From contig JBLIRO010000063.1 of NCBI GenBank assembly GCA_049472335.1, positions 1 through 29,609 on the forward strand: DNA of 29,609 nucleotides. The letters are read 5' to 3'. The notes below the pieces were generated by a model. That model did not search any database. It was not told the origin of the DNA and saw only the letters and a list, made by a program, of their open reading frames with translations. The translations under genes were made by a program, and so were the position numbers. Shown here piece by piece: positions 27,578 to 29,609 of the stretch (positions are counted from its first letter, which is position 1; each line of letters begins with the position of its first letter). The stretch comes from a bacterium (GTDB lineage Bacteria; SZUA-182; DTGQ01; JAFGSM01).

Positions 27578-29608
27578 CTATTCCTGAACAATCTTGGAAA
27601 AATCCGCAATTTTCAAAAAAATCCGGCCTATAGAGGTTAAAAGGGCAAGCCGGTTGTTTTTTAAAGCCTCATCCTTCTCCATTACCAAAACCTGGTCAAA
27701 AAAGACATCGATCGGCTCCTTAAGGGCAACCATAGCCTGTAATGCCTCATAGTATTCAGCCCGGCCAATCTGGTCGTATAATCCCTGCTCCAACCTCTTG
27801 AAAATATCAAAAAGCCTGTTTTCCGCACTCTCTCTAAAAAGTCCGGAATCGACTTCCGGCAGTTTTTGATCATTTTTGGGCAGTATATTAATAACCCGCT
27901 TAAACGGGGTTAAAATGGCGCCGAATGCCTCCTGGGAACGGAATCTGTTCAGAGCGTCCAGCCTTTTTTGTACAAAGACAGGATGAACATTCTCTGCGGC
28001 AAGCACCGCATTAATAAGGTCGTAATCAAAGCCCTGGGCAAGGAAAAAGTTGTTTAACCTCTGGATTAAAAAAGGATGAATCCTTTGAACCGCCTCTTGA
28101 AATTTTACGTGATCTTTGGTCTGGAAGGGGGAGAGGCCTTCGGTTACAAATCCCTCCCATGGGAAAACCAGATCCTGGTTTAAAATGATCTGTATCATCC
28201 CCTGCACCTGCCTTCTTAATGCATGGGGATCCTCAGATCCTGTAGGGACAAACCCAAGAAAGAAACACCCGGCCAGGGTATCCATCTTATCAGCCAGGCT
28301 GAGGATAGAGCCGGCAAGGGTGTCCGGGAGCTTATCACCCGCAAAACGGGGCAGATAATGCTCAAAGATGGCCTGGGCAATGGCCTCAGGTTCTCCTGAT
28401 CTCCTGGCATATTCCCTTCCCATAACACCTTCGAGTTCCGGAAACTCTCCAACCATTTCCGTCACAAGATCACATTTGCATAAAAGCGCCCCGCGCTCAA
28501 TAATGTCTATCAGATCCTGTTTTCCCTTAGAATCGAACCTGGGTTTCTCAAGCTTTTCAACCAAATAGCAAGCAAGACCTTTGATTCTCAACACCTTATC
28601 GTATAGGCTTCCAAGCTGTTCCTGGAATACAACTTGCATCAAACTATCTACACGATCCGAAAGCGGGGTCTTCGTATCTTCTTCAAGGAAAAAGGCTGCG
28701 TCAGAAAGCCTTGCCCTAATGACCCTTTCATTTCCTTTGATGACTGTTTGAGGTTCATCAACAGGTGTATTGCTTATGGTGATAAACCTCGGAATAAGCC
28801 TTCCACTCTCATCCACTATGCAGAAGTATTTCTGATGATCCCTCATGCTGGTTACGAGGACCTCCTCCGGAAGCTCAAGAAATCCGGGATCAAAAGAACC
28901 GCATAATGCAACAGGCCATTCCACCAGGTGAGTAACCTCCTCGAGGAGCGCATCGTCTTCCCTTAGCCTCCCTCCGGCCTTATCTGCTTCCTTCTGGGCC
29001 TGAGAGAGAATAATCCGCATTCTCTTTTTCGGATCACACATAACGGATGCCTTCTCTAAAAGATCAAGATATGAAGAAAGGTCTTTTACCTCAATCGGCT
29101 CAGGGTGGATGAAACGATGTCCCCGGGTCATGGAACCGCTATTAATACCATCCAGATCAAAGGGAATCACTTTCCCTCCAAACAAGGCTAAAATCCAGTG
29201 AATCGGCCGCGCAAACCTGAAGCTTCCATTCCCCCATCGCATATTTTTGGGGAAACTCATAGAGGCAATCCATTCAAGGATAATTTCCGGAAGCAATTGA
29301 CCCGTTTCCTTGCCAGGGTCCTTTTTCTCCACAACCAGATATGCGCCTTTTTCGGGCATATCCTCCACCTTCAATTCCTCCAGCTCCACACCCTGATTAC
29401 GTGCAAAGCCTATCGCCGCCTTCGTGGGTTTTCCGTCCTGATCATAAGCAACCCTTGCCGGAGGCCCAACGGCCCTGACCAGATGCTCCTCTTGATTCTC
29501 CGATACATCTTCGGCACAAAGGGTCAATCTTCTGGGGGTACACATGGTCTGAATCTGGCCATGTTGAATGCGAAGAGTATCTAGCTTCTCTTCCATGAGG
29601 GTTCGCAT
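27578..29608 (-). CDS. glyS: Glycine-tRNA ligase beta subunit, 5'-partial
   Basis: TPRRL, MRWG...FARPIHW, GNERVIRARLSDAAFF, EMVGEFPELEGVMG, EHYLPR, NNRLALL. Runs off the window end. Confidence 0.96.
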   Translation of the reverse strand: MRTLMEEKLDTLRIQHGQIQTMCTPRRLTLCAEDVSENQEEHLVRAVGPPARVAYDQDGKPTKAAIGFARNQGVELEELKVEDMPEKGAYLVVEKKDPGKETGQLLPEIILEWIASMSFPKNMRWGNGSFRFARPIHWILALFGGKVIPFDLDGINSGSMTRGHRFIHPEPIEVKDLSSYLDLLEKASVMCDPKKRMRIILSQAQKEADKAGGRLREDDALLEEVTHLVEWPVALCGSFDPGFLELPEEVLVTSMRDHQKYFCIVDESGRLIPRFITISNTPVDEPQTVIKGNERVIRARLSDAAFFLEEDTKTPLSDRVDSLMQVVFQEQLGSLYDKVLRIKGLACYLVEKLEKPRFDSKGKQDLIDIIERGALLCKCDLVTEMVGEFPELEGVMGREYARRSGEPEAIAQAIFEHYLPRFAGDKLPDTLAGSILSLADKMDTLAGCFFLGFVPTGSEDPHALRRQVQGMIQIILNQDLVFPWEGFVTEGLSPFQTKDHVKFQEAVQRIHPFLIQRLNNFFLAQGFDYDLINAVLAAENVHPVFVQKRLDALNRFRSQEAFGAILTPFKRVINILPKNDQKLPEVDSGLFRESAENRLFDIFKRLEQGLYDQIGRAEYYEALQAMVALKEPIDVFFDQVLVMEKDEALKNNRLALLTSIGRIFLKIADFSKIVQE

Positions 29609-29609
29609 T

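Noticed and set aside
18753..29608. Many 60-175-aa antisense or off-frame ORFs
   Set aside because: All overlap well-supported housekeeping genes and lack recognisable motifs.

Overview
Bacterial chromosomal window in three blocks. (1) 1-~9.9 kb is an AT-rich accessory island. It holds the 3' end of an IS1595-family element, two paralogous membrane-protein genes separated by two MITE-like elements, and an IS21 (istB) remnant. It also holds a tightly coupled minus-strand four-gene operon: M.Eco57I-like N6-adenine MTase, GHKL/MORC-like ATPase fused to a histidine kinase, receiver protein with a C-terminal CxxC..CxxC cluster, and an unknown His-motif protein. Three of those four genes carry a lesion near the 5' end (two in-frame TAGs, one probable frameshift). 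A decayed PIN/HicB-like toxin-antitoxin pair follows. (2) ~10-18.7 kb is a signalling module that reads as a sigma-factor cascade. A sigma70 promoter drives a REC-PAS-PAS histidine kinase and an NtrC-type activator with three tandem Fis-type HTHs. A near-consensus sigma54 promoter drives two GvpL/GvpF-family genes, a REC-histidine kinase and a FliA/WhiG sigma factor. A possible sigma28 promoter precedes a divergent single-domain receiver. No gvpA or flagellar genes are in the window. (3) 18.7-29.6 kb is housekeeping: glyS (partial), ppdK, rsmD, coaD, aspartate aminotransferase, smc. The gene order suggests a Desulfobacterota/Nitrospirota-like organism (inference). All family calls come from motif recognition by eye; no searches were run.
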